DNA of 32,000 nucleotides from an uncultured Chloroflexia bacterium (GCA_963824175.1 CAWGOD010000005.1:138909-170908), one strand, 5' to 3'. Counted from the stretch's first letter, positions 1-9,420 are shown. Notes: generated by a model from the sequence alone, not told the origin. Translations and numbers: made by a program.

Positions 1-490
1 GGGATACCGATTGGGATTCTCCTGGCGCCAGTTCACCGGTCGAAAGATAGTGATCCGAGGGAGGAGCATATACATCCATTCCAGCCCGAACTGCGTAGGA
101 TACCGCCCTAGCAATTCCTACAGCGCCAATGGCATCAATTTTGTCCGCATCAAATAGGACTTTCGCTTCCAAAGTGTTGGGTTCTTCCTCCCGATTACGA
201 AAACGATGAGCCCTAATGCAATGCTGAACAGCCTGGATCTCACTCCCCTGCCAACCTTCCTTAATAAGGATCTTTTCAGCGAAATCTGCCGCTGCAAGGT
301 GATGGTTCTTCCGCACATCCACATCACCTTCAACATCGTGGAGCAGCGCTGCCGCTCTAAGGATCTTCAGATCGGCTTCTTCTTCTTTCCCGATCTTTTC
401 ACATAAACGGTATACCCTTAACACATGCGAAAAACCATGCACCGGATCATCATCCGGGTAATATGCCCGGGCTTGTTCAATTGTTGGCAT
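1..490 (-). CDS. HD-domain metal-dependent phosphohydrolase (N-terminus complete, C-terminus runs off the window)
   Basis: Absent from the ORF track because it is edge-truncated. Hand translation of the minus strand from ATG 490-488 stays open down to position 2: MPTIEQARAYYPDDDPVHGFSHVLRVYRLCEKIGKEEEEADLKILRAAALLHDVEGD...VLFDADKIDAIGAVGIARA. The H..HD..D spacing fits small HD hydrolases. Confidence 0.8.
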   Translation of the reverse strand, partial: MPTIEQARAYYPDDDPVHGFSHVLRVYRLCEKIGKEEEADLKILRAAALLHDVEGDVDVRKNHHLAAADFAEKILIKEGWQGSEIQAVQHCIRAHRFRNREEEPNTLEAKVLFDADKIDAIGAVGIARAVSYAVRAGMDVYAPPSDHYLSTGELAPGESQSVS

Positions 491-537
491 GAATGTTCTC
501 CAGATCAGGATCGTTGATTAGCCTGTATTTTCGATTA

Positions 538-717
538 CTACAGTCCAAATCCAGGCATCACATATTGAGTAATAAATAGATAGACAGCCACCGCCAGGCC
601 AATCATGATGGCCAGGGTGAGTATTTTTTTGGTTACCTTTAGAATAAAACGCAGGACAAATAAACCCACAGCCGCGATAGCTATCCAGATAAAAAGTGAA
701 TTATCCAAAAAATCCAC
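538..717 (-). CDS. hypothetical small membrane protein (59 aa, GTG start)
   Basis: Below the size cut-off of the ORF track. Minus-strand GTG at 717-715 overlaps the hutI stop by 1 nt (TAGTG). It reads VDFLDNSLFIWIAIAAVGLFVLRFILKVTKKILTLAIMIGLAVAVYLFITQYVMPGFGL*, which gives two hydrophobic helices. It lies between hutI and the HD gene on the same strand. Confidence 0.35.
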   Translation of the reverse strand: MDFLDNSLFIWIAIAAVGLFVLRFILKVTKKILTLAIMIGLAVAVYLFITQYVMPGFGL

Positions 718-1973
718 TATGCCTCCTCTCCTATGTAAAACTGACCCTTTTTTACCACGGAACCCACCAGATTTGTGCCAAAACGATATCCAATATGCCG
801 GTAATCAGGAATATCCATAATGAGCAGATCTGCTTGTTTTCCAGGTTCCAGGGATCCTACAATCCCATCCATTCCAATTGCTGCGGCAGCATTGATCGTG
901 GCCGCTGCGATGGCCTGGTTTGGTGTTAATTTCATATATCGGCAGGCCAATGCTGCTGCAAATTGCATACTCTCACACCAGGCTGTGCCGGGATTGATGT
1001 CTGTGGCAATTGCCAGCAAACCACCCGCTTTCAAGATTTCCTTGGCTGGTGTATAGTCCGGCTCAGCCAAACCAAAAGGCGTGCAGGGTAAAGCAACTGC
1101 AACCGTGTCGGATTTCCCCAGAGCCTGGATATCTTCCTTAGAAGTGACCACCAGGTGGTCCGCCGATGCTGAGCCCAGCTCCGCAGCCAGGCTGGCACCA
1201 CCCAGATTCTCGAACTCATCAGCATGGATCTTGGTAGGAAACCCATGCTCCCTGGCTGCTTCCAAAATCTGGCGGCTCTGTGATAGATCAAAAGCTCCCC
1301 GCTCACAAAATACGTCAACATAAGGAAGCGGTTTTTCCGTCCTGGTTGGCCACCATTCAGACAAAATTGGGATCAATTCTCGAGAAAGGAAGTCCGCATA
1401 TTCACCTGGATTTCCAGCATACTCCGGAGGAACAGCATGAGCGCCCAGGTAGGTGATCACGATGTCAGGAACTTCTTCCTGATCCAACTCCAATAAAGCC
1501 TGCAGCATAGCATGTTCGGTCTCTTGATCCAATCCATATCCCGATTTTGCCTCCAACGTGGTTGTGCCATGCATAAACATACGTCGGATCCGGTCCCGGG
1601 TCTGGTCTTTAAGATCTTCCAGGCTTGCATCCCTTGTAGCCCGGACGGTTGAGATAATTCCACCACCCCCTTCAAGGATTTCCAGGTATGTTGCCCCTGC
1701 CAGGCGTTTTTCGAATTCGCCTGATCGATCTCCTGCCCAGATGACATGAGTATGGGGATCGACAAAACCCGGCATAACTACTCGACCGCCGGCATTCCTT
1801 TTTTCTTCGTTAGGGTACTTATTCAGTAACTCTTCCGAGGGTCCAACATCCAGGATATCCGCACCTTTGAAAAGGACCGCGCCATCCGGGATCAGGCCCA
1901 GATCACCCAATCGATCACCACGTTGGGGTCCCCCGGCTAAAGTTAGAACTTGTGAAGCAGAGTGAATTAACAT
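717..1973 (-). CDS. hutI: imidazolonepropionase (amidohydrolase superfamily)
   Basis: Intact 418-aa ORF with HutI hallmarks: DPHTHVIWAGDR, ATYLEILEGGGGIISTVRATR, EAKSGYGL, KIHADEF, SADHL, ATDINPG. Confidence 0.9.
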   Translation of the reverse strand: MLIHSASQVLTLAGGPQRGDRLGDLGLIPDGAVLFKGADILDVGPSEELLNKYPNEEKRNAGGRVVMPGFVDPHTHVIWAGDRSGEFEKRLAGATYLEILEGGGGIISTVRATRDASLEDLKDQTRDRIRRMFMHGTTTLEAKSGYGLDQETEHAMLQALLELDQEEVPDIVITYLGAHAVPPEYAGNPGEYADFLSRELIPILSEWWPTRTEKPLPYVDVFCERGAFDLSQSRQILEAAREHGFPTKIHADEFENLGGASLAAELGSASADHLVVTSKEDIQALGKSDTVAVALPCTPFGLAEPDYTPAKEILKAGGLLAIATDINPGTAWCESMQFAAALACRYMKLTPNQAIAAATINAAAAIGMDGIVGSLEPGKQADLLIMDIPDYRHIGYRFGTNLVGSVVKKGQFYIGEEA

Positions 1974-2185
1974 ATTTTCCGCTCTCTGATGGTTGATATC
2001 ACAAATTGTATCACTACCATCAAGTTAACCTTTCACCTGGTTTACAAAGTCAAAAGAAGGGTTCTTTTTTGGTCCGGATTTATATAGAATATAGTAACGA
2101 AAATGGAAGATCGATGTTCTAGTAGTTGTGAGACCAGCTATCTGTAACCTTAACAAGAAATCATGAAATCTTAACAAATTGGCAT

Positions 2186-2215
2186 TTGCTATATATTGAC
2201 CTTTCACGATATAAT
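2186..2215 (+). promoter_or_regulatory. possible sigma70-type promoter for the response regulator
   Basis: TTGCTA (2186-2191), 18-nt spacer, TATAAT (2210-2215), about 50 nt upstream of ATG 2269. Sequence match only. Confidence 0.25.
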
Positions 2216-2268
2216 TGCCAGACTATCCCGTCAAAGAATTGGCTGAACTCCCCTTCAGGTAAACATTC

Positions 2269-2943
2269 ATGGCAAAAAACCCCATCCGAAAGACTAGAAT
2301 ACTCTGGGCTGGAAAGAGAAGAGCGGATATACCTTCCTTTGTGCCTGAGCTAGAATCGAAAGGATATAAGGTCACTTTTGTCAGCACCGGGAAAGATGCC
2401 CTCCTGAGATTAACCAAACAAAAACCTGATGTCATGATAGTGGATGCCGCTTCCATGCGCACTACTGGATCCCGGATCTGTAAATCTGTGCAGGCAAAGT
2501 ATCCTACTGTCCCGATTATCTTGATCAACACGCCCGATAACCTGCCCACCAATGAGATCGTAGCTAAAGTCCAGCTAATCCACCCCTTTACTATTCGAAA
2601 ACTGGAAAACCGTATCGTCCCATTCTCCCCCGGTGATGGAAAGAACATCATCCAGGAAGGTCCTATCAAATTGGATATGGAGAGACAGGTTATCCGCTGC
2701 AATAAAAAAGAAGAGCATGTCACTCCCCGAATGGTTGAGTTATTAAAGATGCTCATCAAACGCAAAGGTGAGGTTATAGAACGGGAAGTTCTATTCAGCA
2801 AGATCTGGAAAACAGACTATACCGAAGATACTCGCTCCCTGGATGTCCATATCAATTGGCTCAGGAAGATCATTGAAAAAGATCCCAAAAAACCCAAGCT
2901 GCTGGTAACTGTGCGCGGCAAGGGGTATAAGTTCGATCTTTAG
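2269..2943 (+). CDS. OmpR/PhoB-family response regulator (receiver + winged-helix) with a degenerate receiver
   Basis: Intact 224-aa ORF. The C-terminus has the winged-helix signature (LTPRMVELLKML...VLFSKIW...RSLDVHINWLRKII...LVTVRGKGYKF). The receiver keeps the DVMIVDAAS aspartate. It lacks the N-terminal acidic pair (ILWAGKRR) and has HPF where KPF is expected. Confidence 0.85.
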   Translation: MAKNPIRKTRILWAGKRRADIPSFVPELESKGYKVTFVSTGKDALLRLTKQKPDVMIVDAASMRTTGSRICKSVQAKYPTVPIILINTPDNLPTNEIVAKVQLIHPFTIRKLENRIVPFSPGDGKNIIQEGPIKLDMERQVIRCNKKEEHVTPRMVELLKMLIKRKGEVIEREVLFSKIWKTDYTEDTRSLDVHINWLRKIIEKDPKKPKLLVTVRGKGYKFDL

Positions 2944-2968
2944 GATATTATTTGTAGAGGTTTTATGC

Positions 2969-2989
2969 GGCCCCACTTTCGGTGGGGTC
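2969..2989. terminator. stem-loop between convergent genes (regulator / methyltransferase)
   Basis: GGCCCCAC-TTTC-GGTGGGGTC, followed by TTATTA on the plus strand. It sits between stop 2943 (+) and stop 2993 (-). Confidence 0.45.
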
Positions 2990-2992
2990 TTA

Positions 2993-4280
2993 TTAGTTAA
3001 TAACCTGGTGGATCTGCTCACCACTGACCAGAACAATCCGTACACAAACCTTTCCCCCCGTTTCAGGCAAGATCAATGAGGACGGCAAATCACCCTTGCG
3101 CAAGGGTCTGACAGCCTGAAAGCGGCTGTGGAAGATCTCTCCCTGCCAATCTGGATCTACTTCCCAATATTCCACCTTAGAAACCAATTCTGGCGGGAGT
3201 TGGATGATCCCATCTTCTATACAGATTCCAGGGTAACCCAGTTCTTCCAGATTTTTCAGCGGAACTTCTTTCCGCTCCTCTTCTCGCTGCAGAAAAACCG
3301 GTAAAAGGAATTTTTCCTTCCCCTCTAGATTTTGACCTAACTCCTGGTTTTTCAGGACCAGCCTGGACCGGGAAGTGATTACCGCTCTACTTTGCAGGTC
3401 AGATAGTATAAAGCGGCGGTTCAGCCTATTTGCAACAATACCGGTAGTTCCCGATCCACCAAAGAAATCTGCCACAATTCCACCGGGGTTGGTCGATGCC
3501 AGGATGATCCTCTCCAGCAGACGTTCCGGTTTCTGAGTTGGGTATCCTGTCCTTTCATGATGCAGCCTGGCGACCACTGGAAAATACCACCAATCCTCAG
3601 GGACTTTACCTCTTTCCAGATCAGGCATCTTACCAAATCCAGCTTTTTTGGATGACTTAAATGTCTCTACGGTATTAGAGGCGTAAGGAATCCGAACGTC
3701 ATCAACGTTAAAGACATACTTATCTGTTTTGGTATAAAACAGGATCATGTCATGTTTGCGATTAAAAGCGGTCCGGATAGGTGAGGGGCCGTGGTAGGTC
3801 CAGATGATCTCATTACGGAAATTTTCATAGCCGAAGATCTCGTCCAGCAGAATCCGGGCATAGGAATTAGCATGCCAATCAAGATGCAAGTAGAGTGATC
3901 CCGTTGGCGCCAACAAGCGGTGCATTAATTTCAGCCTGGGATAAAGCATATCCAGATAGGAATCCAGGTCTTTCCATTGGTCCGTATAACCCTCAGCCAG
4001 CTGCCATTCTTCCGGTTTGCGCGAATCTTCGCCCCGTCCAACACGGGAAGAGTATCCTTTGTTCGTAAAGAATGGAGGATCTACATAGATCAGGTCCAGC
4101 TTGCCTTCATACTCCCCCATTAAAGCATTCATAACCCGCAGATTATCTCCCAGGATCAACCTGTTATCTGCGTTGGCTGGATATTTTATCCTCTGGTCCA
4201 GGGTATAAAATGGACTCAGTGACCAGGCTGCCGCCAGGCTTCAGCTTCTCGGATTTTGAAGTCCAGTCTAATTTCGCCAT
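2993..4280 (-). CDS. beta-class DNA methyltransferase (N6-adenine or N4-cytosine), N-terminal exon-like piece out of frame
   Basis: The main ORF 2993-4159 has motif IV IYVDPPFF upstream of motif I ADFFGGSGTTG, which is the beta permutation. The frame stays open upstream (..YPANADNRLILGDNL) without an ATG. An ATG at 4280 opens MAKLDWTSKSEKLKPGGSLVTESILYPGPEDKI in another frame. The two join if one base of the T4 run at 4184-4187 is removed. Confidence 0.8.
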
Positions 4281-4325
4281 GAGGTATTACCAACTATTGT
4301 GAAATTTCATTATTCTTAAAAGGAT

Positions 4326-4367
4326 TACCCTGCGGGTATAGAAACCTATTCATTACTGCGCAGGGTA
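4326..4367 (-). terminator. stem-loop downstream of argS
   Basis: TACCCTGCG (4326-4334) pairs with CGCAGGGTA (4359-4367). T-rich tracts flank it on both strands. Confidence 0.35.
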
Positions 4368-4456
4368 CTGATTTTGTATTTATTTTACCTGACTTGTTTA
4401 ACCTTAAGAGGATATTTCCTGACGAGCCCCTCCATGGAAAAATAATCGAAAATTAA

Positions 4457-6217
4457 TTACATCACACGGGGAGCTTCTATCCCTAATAGATCCAGTCCGG
4501 TTTTTAGAACCTTCCTGGATGCCTCAACCAGCTGCAAGCGGAAATCACGTACTTCGGGCTCTGCATTCAGAACAGGAGCTTCCCTGTAAAAAGCGTTAAA
4601 AGACTTGGCTACATCATACAGGGCTTGACTGATATGGAGCGGTTTAAGATCCCTTGCGGCATTTTGGACAGCCATAGGGAATTGGGACAGGTTTTCGATT
4701 AACGTCACCTCAGTGGAATCCAGTGGATAACCAGGCTCTTTGACCTCGATTGGAGTGGTGGGAGCTTTTTTCAGGATGCTATTTGCTCGAACATGGGCAT
4801 ATTGAATATAGGGAGCGGCTTGGCCATTGAAATCAAGAGCTGTCTCCCAATCAAAGGTCACAATGCGGGTAGATTCACGATCCACCATCGGGAACTTGAT
4901 AGCTCCCAGCCCAACCGCTCGGGCAATATCCCGTTTCTGATCCTCTGAGAGATCTGGATTCTTCTCTTGAACTACATCGTAAGCCCGTGATTGTGCCTCA
5001 CGGATCAATTCCTCAAGCCTTACTACGGTTCCCTCCCTGGATGCCATAACCACATTACCCGGCAGGTTCACAACTTCGTACGCCAGGTGTTCACACTTTT
5101 TAGCCCAATCATAACCGGCAATTTCCAAAGTTTTCCAAACCTGCTGGAAATGCAGCGACTGTCTTACATCAACCACATAAATGGATCGATCCGGCTGATA
5201 TTCTTCTTGCTTAAGTTTTGCTAGAGCCAGATCCTCAGTGGCGTATAAGGCAGTTCCATCAGATCTGAGAACGACAAGGACTCGATACTTTTCCTTTTCC
5301 AACTCCAGCAGTTCATCAATGCGAACAATAACAGCATCATCTGGCCGCAAGTCTTCAGCAATGCCGCGCTTGATCAGGTCTTCAACCATCTCTTTACCCT
5401 GAAACTCGACTTCGCTATTGGAATAATAACGATCGTAGTGTATATCCAGGATCTCATAAAGATCTTCAAAACCTTTCAGAGACCAGCGGCGAGTCTTTTC
5501 CCATAATTCCACCAATTCAGGGTCCTGCTGATCCCAGCGCGCATACAGATTCCTGATCTCACTTTCTAGCTCAGGATTCTCTTCCAATCGCCGGCTTGCT
5601 TCTGCATAAATTTCGCCCATCCATTGAGTGGCATCTTCCGGAGGGCTCTCTCCCTGATGGAATTTTTGGTAATTCCAAAGCCATCTGATGACATGAAGAC
5701 CCATGTCGCCATAATAATTGACCCGGACAACCTTGTAGCCCGCAAAATCCAGGATTCGGCTGACCACATCTCCCAGGATCGTACTCCTCAGGTGACCTAC
5801 ATGAAAAGCTTTATGGGTATTGAGGTTCGAGAACTCCACCATTAAGGTTTGATCCTTGTCCTCACCCTGCCCAAAATTGCCAGCCCGGATGACACTATCG
5901 ATCACCCGGGCGCTGAATACACCTGAATCAAAATATAAATTCAGGTATCCACCTTTATTTTCGATTCGGGGGAAATATGACTGGGGAGTGATCTTCTCTG
6001 CAACCAGAGCAGCAATCTCTTCAGCTCGCTGCGGTACATTTTTTACTTTCCCACTTTTAGCTTCCAGGGCAGCGACCTTAAAGAAGGAAGTCGCTATACC
6101 CCATTCACCTGAAAAAGGGATTGGAGCCCAACCGAGGTCTTCTGGCACAGGAATGCCAGCTTCCTGGAGGATATTTTGGATCTGTACTTCTAGGTCTTGT
6201 TTTTCTTTCTGGAACAT
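4457..6217 (-). CDS. argS: arginine--tRNA ligase
   Basis: Intact 586-aa ORF with a class I HIGH-type motif (AFHVGHLRS), an MASREG (KMSK-like) region and a typical ArgRS C-terminus ending ..RVM. Confidence 0.95.
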   Translation of the reverse strand: MFQKEKQDLEVQIQNILQEAGIPVPEDLGWAPIPFSGEWGIATSFFKVAALEAKSGKVKNVPQRAEEIAALVAEKITPQSYFPRIENKGGYLNLYFDSGVFSARVIDSVIRAGNFGQGEDKDQTLMVEFSNLNTHKAFHVGHLRSTILGDVVSRILDFAGYKVVRVNYYGDMGLHVIRWLWNYQKFHQGESPPEDATQWMGEIYAEASRRLEENPELESEIRNLYARWDQQDPELVELWEKTRRWSLKGFEDLYEILDIHYDRYYSNSEVEFQGKEMVEDLIKRGIAEDLRPDDAVIVRIDELLELEKEKYRVLVVLRSDGTALYATEDLALAKLKQEEYQPDRSIYVVDVRQSLHFQQVWKTLEIAGYDWAKKCEHLAYEVVNLPGNVVMASREGTVVRLEELIREAQSRAYDVVQEKNPDLSEDQKRDIARAVGLGAIKFPMVDRESTRIVTFDWETALDFNGQAAPYIQYAHVRANSILKKAPTTPIEVKEPGYPLDSTEVTLIENLSQFPMAVQNAARDLKPLHISQALYDVAKSFNAFYREAPVLNAEPEVRDFRLQLVEASRKVLKTGLDLLGIEAPRVM

Positions 6218-6268
6218 ACAAATCTCTGAATTATTGATTAGGGAATGAATTTTAAGTATTGCACCGAG

Positions 6269-6277
6269 ATTATAACA
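6269..6277 (-). promoter_or_regulatory. possible extended -10 promoter for argS
   Basis: The minus strand reads TGTTATAAT about 50 nt upstream of the argS ATG. No convincing -35. Confidence 0.3.
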
Positions 6278-6281
6278 TGGG

Positions 6282-6373
6282 TAAAAACTATGGATGCGGG
6301 ATCCTGAAGCCAGGTTGGGATGAGTTCTTTTCTATCCCTTGGTCGATCATATTATCTCGATGATCCCGCATCC
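6282..6373 (-). terminator. large terminator/attenuator-like hairpin in the rpsT-argS spacer
   Basis: Perfect 12-bp arms GGATGCGGGATC / GATCCCGCATCC (6292-6303 and 6362-6373) enclose a 58-nt foldable insert. On the minus strand they are followed by ATAGTTTTT. Confidence 0.4.
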
Positions 6374-6436
6374 TTAGTGAGATTTTCGTCCATGATCTAT
6401 GATGATCAGGCGTCCTTACCACAGATCCAAGATATC

Positions 6437-6471
6437 AAAAAAGGGCTGTCCAATAATTGCTGGAGCAGCCC
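6437..6471 (-). terminator. rho-independent terminator of rpsT
   Basis: The minus strand reads GGGCTGCTCC-loop-GGACAGCCC followed by TTTTTTG, 25 nt after the rpsT stop. Confidence 0.6.
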
Positions 6472-6495
6472 TGATTTTTATTTCCAGTAGGAAAT

Positions 6496-6783
6496 TTAGG
6501 CAGCTTTTTCCAGAACCGCTAAACGTGCCATCAGGCGGCTCTTTCTGCGGGAAGCATTATTTTTATGAATGACGCCTTTGGCAGCAGCTTTATCCAGAGC
6601 CTGAATGGCTTCTGCGGTTGCAACTTTTGCGTTCTCCAGATTGCCTTCTTCCATAGCTAGAAAGGCTTTTCTGATCAGGGTCCGGGACTTGCTCTTGTAA
6701 GTTCGGTTCTGCAAGCGGCGCTTTTCATTCTGTCTTTCTCGTTTTTGTGATGATTTTAAGCCCAAGGGTATTCCTCCAATCAT
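6496..6783 (-). CDS. rpsT: 30S ribosomal protein S20
   Basis: Basic 95-aa ORF, ..KSSQKRERQNEKRRLQNRTYKSKSRTLIRK...KGVIHKNNASRRKSRLMARL. The true start may be a few codons inside the listed ATG. Confidence 0.9.
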   Translation of the reverse strand: MIGGIPLGLKSSQKRERQNEKRRLQNRTYKSKSRTLIRKAFLAMEEGNLENAKVATAEAIQALDKAAAKGVIHKNNASRRKSRLMARLAVLEKAA

Positions 6784-6901
6784 TTCTTACTGTTTCGAAG
6801 GGACATTTTAAGGTAAGGAAGGCAATTTGTCCACCCCATTGCTGATTCTGGAAAATGGATTTCTCCATATTCTTGGTAGTAATATACCACCTACCCTTCC
6901 C

Positions 6902-6930
6902 TTCAAGAAAATTCTTTAACATGTTATGAT
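6902..6930 (+). promoter_or_regulatory. candidate promoter of rnpB
   Basis: TTCAAG (6902-6907), 17-nt spacer, TATGAT (6925-6930), ending 4-6 nt before the first P1 nucleotide of the RNase P RNA. Confidence 0.35.
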
Positions 6931-6934
6931 GAAG

Positions 6935-7345
6935 TCCCCAGGTCAGCCAGGTGGTTGCGCCCCCTTCGGGGGGTGAGGAAAGTCCGCACTCCATCGAGCG
7001 TGATGCCGGATAACGTCCGGGGCGGAGAGATCTGCCGGATCGGGCCACAGAAACAAACCGCTCCTCCGGGAGTAAGGGTGAAATGGTGGTGTAAGAGACC
7101 ACCGGTGCAGGCAGTAATGCCTGCAGCCGGGCAACCCCCATCAGGAGCAAGGCCAAACAGGGATGAACTCCTTCGGGAGGGGAGGCTGCTCGTCTCCTTT
7201 GAATTCCAGGTAGGCTGCACCGAGGCGCACTGAGAAGTGCGCCCCAGACAGATGATCACCTCAGTGTATTAAAGGGAGGAAGCCCCCCGGGGTGTAAACC
7301 AGAAATACACCAGACAGAATGCGGCTTATAAGCTGGCCTGGGGAT
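6935..7345 (+). ncRNA. rnpB: RNase P RNA, bacterial type A
   Basis: Universal P4 strands GAGGAAAGTCCG (about 6976) and ACAGAATGCGGCTTATAAG (about 7314). Also GGGTGAAATGGTGGTGTAAGAGACCACC, GCAAGGCCAAAC and CAGACAGATGATCACC. The P1 pairing is CCCCAGGTCAGC / GCTGGCCTGGGG. The three ORFs listed over this region are spurious. Confidence 0.92.
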
Positions 7346-7655
7346 CTATATCGATTCTGGTCTTAGCTACTCTCCCTGTGCTTCCTATCTAGCTTCCATA
7401 TCAACCGAAAATCTTGAAAAATCATCGTATTCAAAGTAATCAGATTGGATATATTCAAACCTATCAGATTAGTTCTATGCCCCTCGCTCGGCAATATAGA
7501 ACCGATTATAATTATTATGTTACATATTCCTAATCTCATATACAAATACAATAGGTCAACCCCAAGAGAAGATAATTGACACATTCCATGAAAAGGCAAT
7601 TCCAAAATAGTACTGATTTGGACCTGTTCTTAGAATAAAAAAAGGCAGACTCGGT

Positions 7656-9420
7656 ATGAGTAATCTATCCAAATACTCAAATCATTTTTTCAATGAACTG
7701 GAAGTATATGAGGACATATCCAGGGGGCACAGTTATAAAGCCTATCTCCAGCAGGCAGTTCAGGAATTTTTGGAGCACGAAACCAAAGAAACCGCTTTTG
7801 CTGTATACAGAGCATTTTTTGACAGTTATCGGATCATTCTGGAGGGCAAGACCAATCCGTTCATCGATCTATTGGACGTACTTCTCAGCTATGAAGAGAG
7901 AGCTTCAACCCTGATTGATAAACAGAGGGATCATTACGTCCATTCCGTCAATGTTTTCATCCTCGGCCTTTGTGTTTATACACAAAACCCAAATTTTCGG
8001 GCTGCTTTTGATGCCGTAAATCTGGAGAAGACAATCTACCCATATTCATATGATACGAAGGGTGAAGAATTCTTCTATCGCTGGGGAATTGCTTCTCTCT
8101 TCCATGACGTCGGATATCCAGTGGAGATCATTGGAAAACAAATCAACAAATTTATAAGTTATGCGACAGAGGTTGATAGCGATATCAAGGTGAAATCTCA
8201 CCTTGAATTTGATAATTTCGAGGAGTTGAACAAAATCGCTGAAGTCCTTCCCAAGCAGGAATTTATCAAATCCTACTACGATAAATACCCGAGTTGTGTT
8301 TATGTGGATCTGCTGAAACCTAATGATCTACTGGCACATAAACTTCATCTTACATTAGGTGTTGATCTGACGGTAATTAAAACAGCCCTGGATAGTTTCA
8401 CTGAAATTATGGCAAAAAGTGGATTTATCGACCACGGATATTACAGTGCCATCATCGTCCTTAGATGGTATGGTTTCCTCATCCAAAGCTGCAACTATAA
8501 ACCGGAATACTTCTTTTTTTCTGTTTTGGATAGTGCCAGCGCGATATTACTCCACAACTATTATAAAAATGTGCTTTTGAAACCTCCCTTCAGCAAAGGC
8601 CCACTTTCACCACACGAGCATCCGATTGCTTATCTTCTTATTCTCTGCGATGAACTGCAGGAGTGGAATCGGACAGCCTACGGCATTATGGATAAGAAGC
8701 GCAATTTGGCAGAGGAAGCATCTGTATTGATCACTGATAAACGACTGGAAATGAGCTATATAGATAAGGATACCCCGCTTCCAGAACAATTTGCTGCAGA
8801 TAAGGAAACCACCCTCTCTAAATTATTAGATATGGGAGTGTTATTTTCAGAAGGTTTTTCGATAAAATGTGAGACCAGAAAAGTATGGACTCCATCTTCC
8901 AACGTTATCGATCAGGATTCCGCCATCGCCCCGCGCCAATTACTTGAGAATCTAGAGAAGTTAGCTATAGCAATTCATGATCTTTACAACCAAAACCAGC
9001 TTAAACGCAATCCAGATCAACCGCTGACTTATCCGCAGTTCTCTGACCTACCTGATTCTCTGAAATATTCCAATTTAAGGCAAGCTCGCGACATTACAAA
9101 AAAACTGGGGCTCATGGGATGGGACGATCCGCCCGGAAGGAACAGGTGGCGAAATTATATCTACAATACCCGATGAAATTGTAGAAAGACTAGCAATTTT
9201 CGAGCATGAAGAATGGGTTCAAGAAAGGTTAGAATTTGGCTGGACATATGGAGAGATTAAAGACACTGAAAAGAAGATCAGCCCCTATCTCGTGCCTTAT
9301 GATGAACTCAGCGAGGAAATCAAAGACCTGGATCGCGATACGATCCGAAATATTCCTGCCCTGCTTAAAATTATCGGCATGGCGGCCTATGCGAATCCGA
9401 GAAGATACCGAACTACCTAA
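7656..9420 (+). CDS. gene A: HD-superfamily phosphohydrolase fused to tandem RyR (ryanodine-receptor) repeats; one frameshift near 9120
   Basis: ORF 7656-9176 carries the HD motifs RDHYVHSVNV, ASLFHDVGYPVE, IDHGYYSA and LILCDELQEWNR, then a first RyR-like repeat (LAIAIHDLY...LKYSNLRQARDITKKLGLMGW). The +1 frame continues TIRPEGTGGEIISTIPDEIVERLAIFEHEEWVQERLEFGWTYGEIKDTEKKISPYLVPYDELSEEIKDLDRDTIRNIPALLKIIGMAAY and stops at TAA 9418-9420. This is a canonical RyR repeat (GWTYG, P.LVPY.EL). The junction MGW/TIRP parallels AGYRIAP in gene B. Confidence 0.75.

Noticed and set aside
2027-2207. 9-nt direct repeat ACCTTTCAC (2029-2037 and 2199-2207) in the hutI/regulator divergent spacer, as a possible OmpR-type binding site.
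   Set aside because: The two copies are about 170 nt apart, whereas OmpR-family sites are spaced about 10-11 nt. Two copies of a 9-mer in AT-rich spacer DNA is weak evidence.
6725-7259. ORFs listed across this region (6725-7156 -, 6924-7259 -, 6943-7134 -, 6955-7233 +).
   Set aside because: They overlap the RNase P RNA gene. Their translations are low-complexity, Arg/Pro/Gly-rich and typical of GC-rich structured RNA read as protein.
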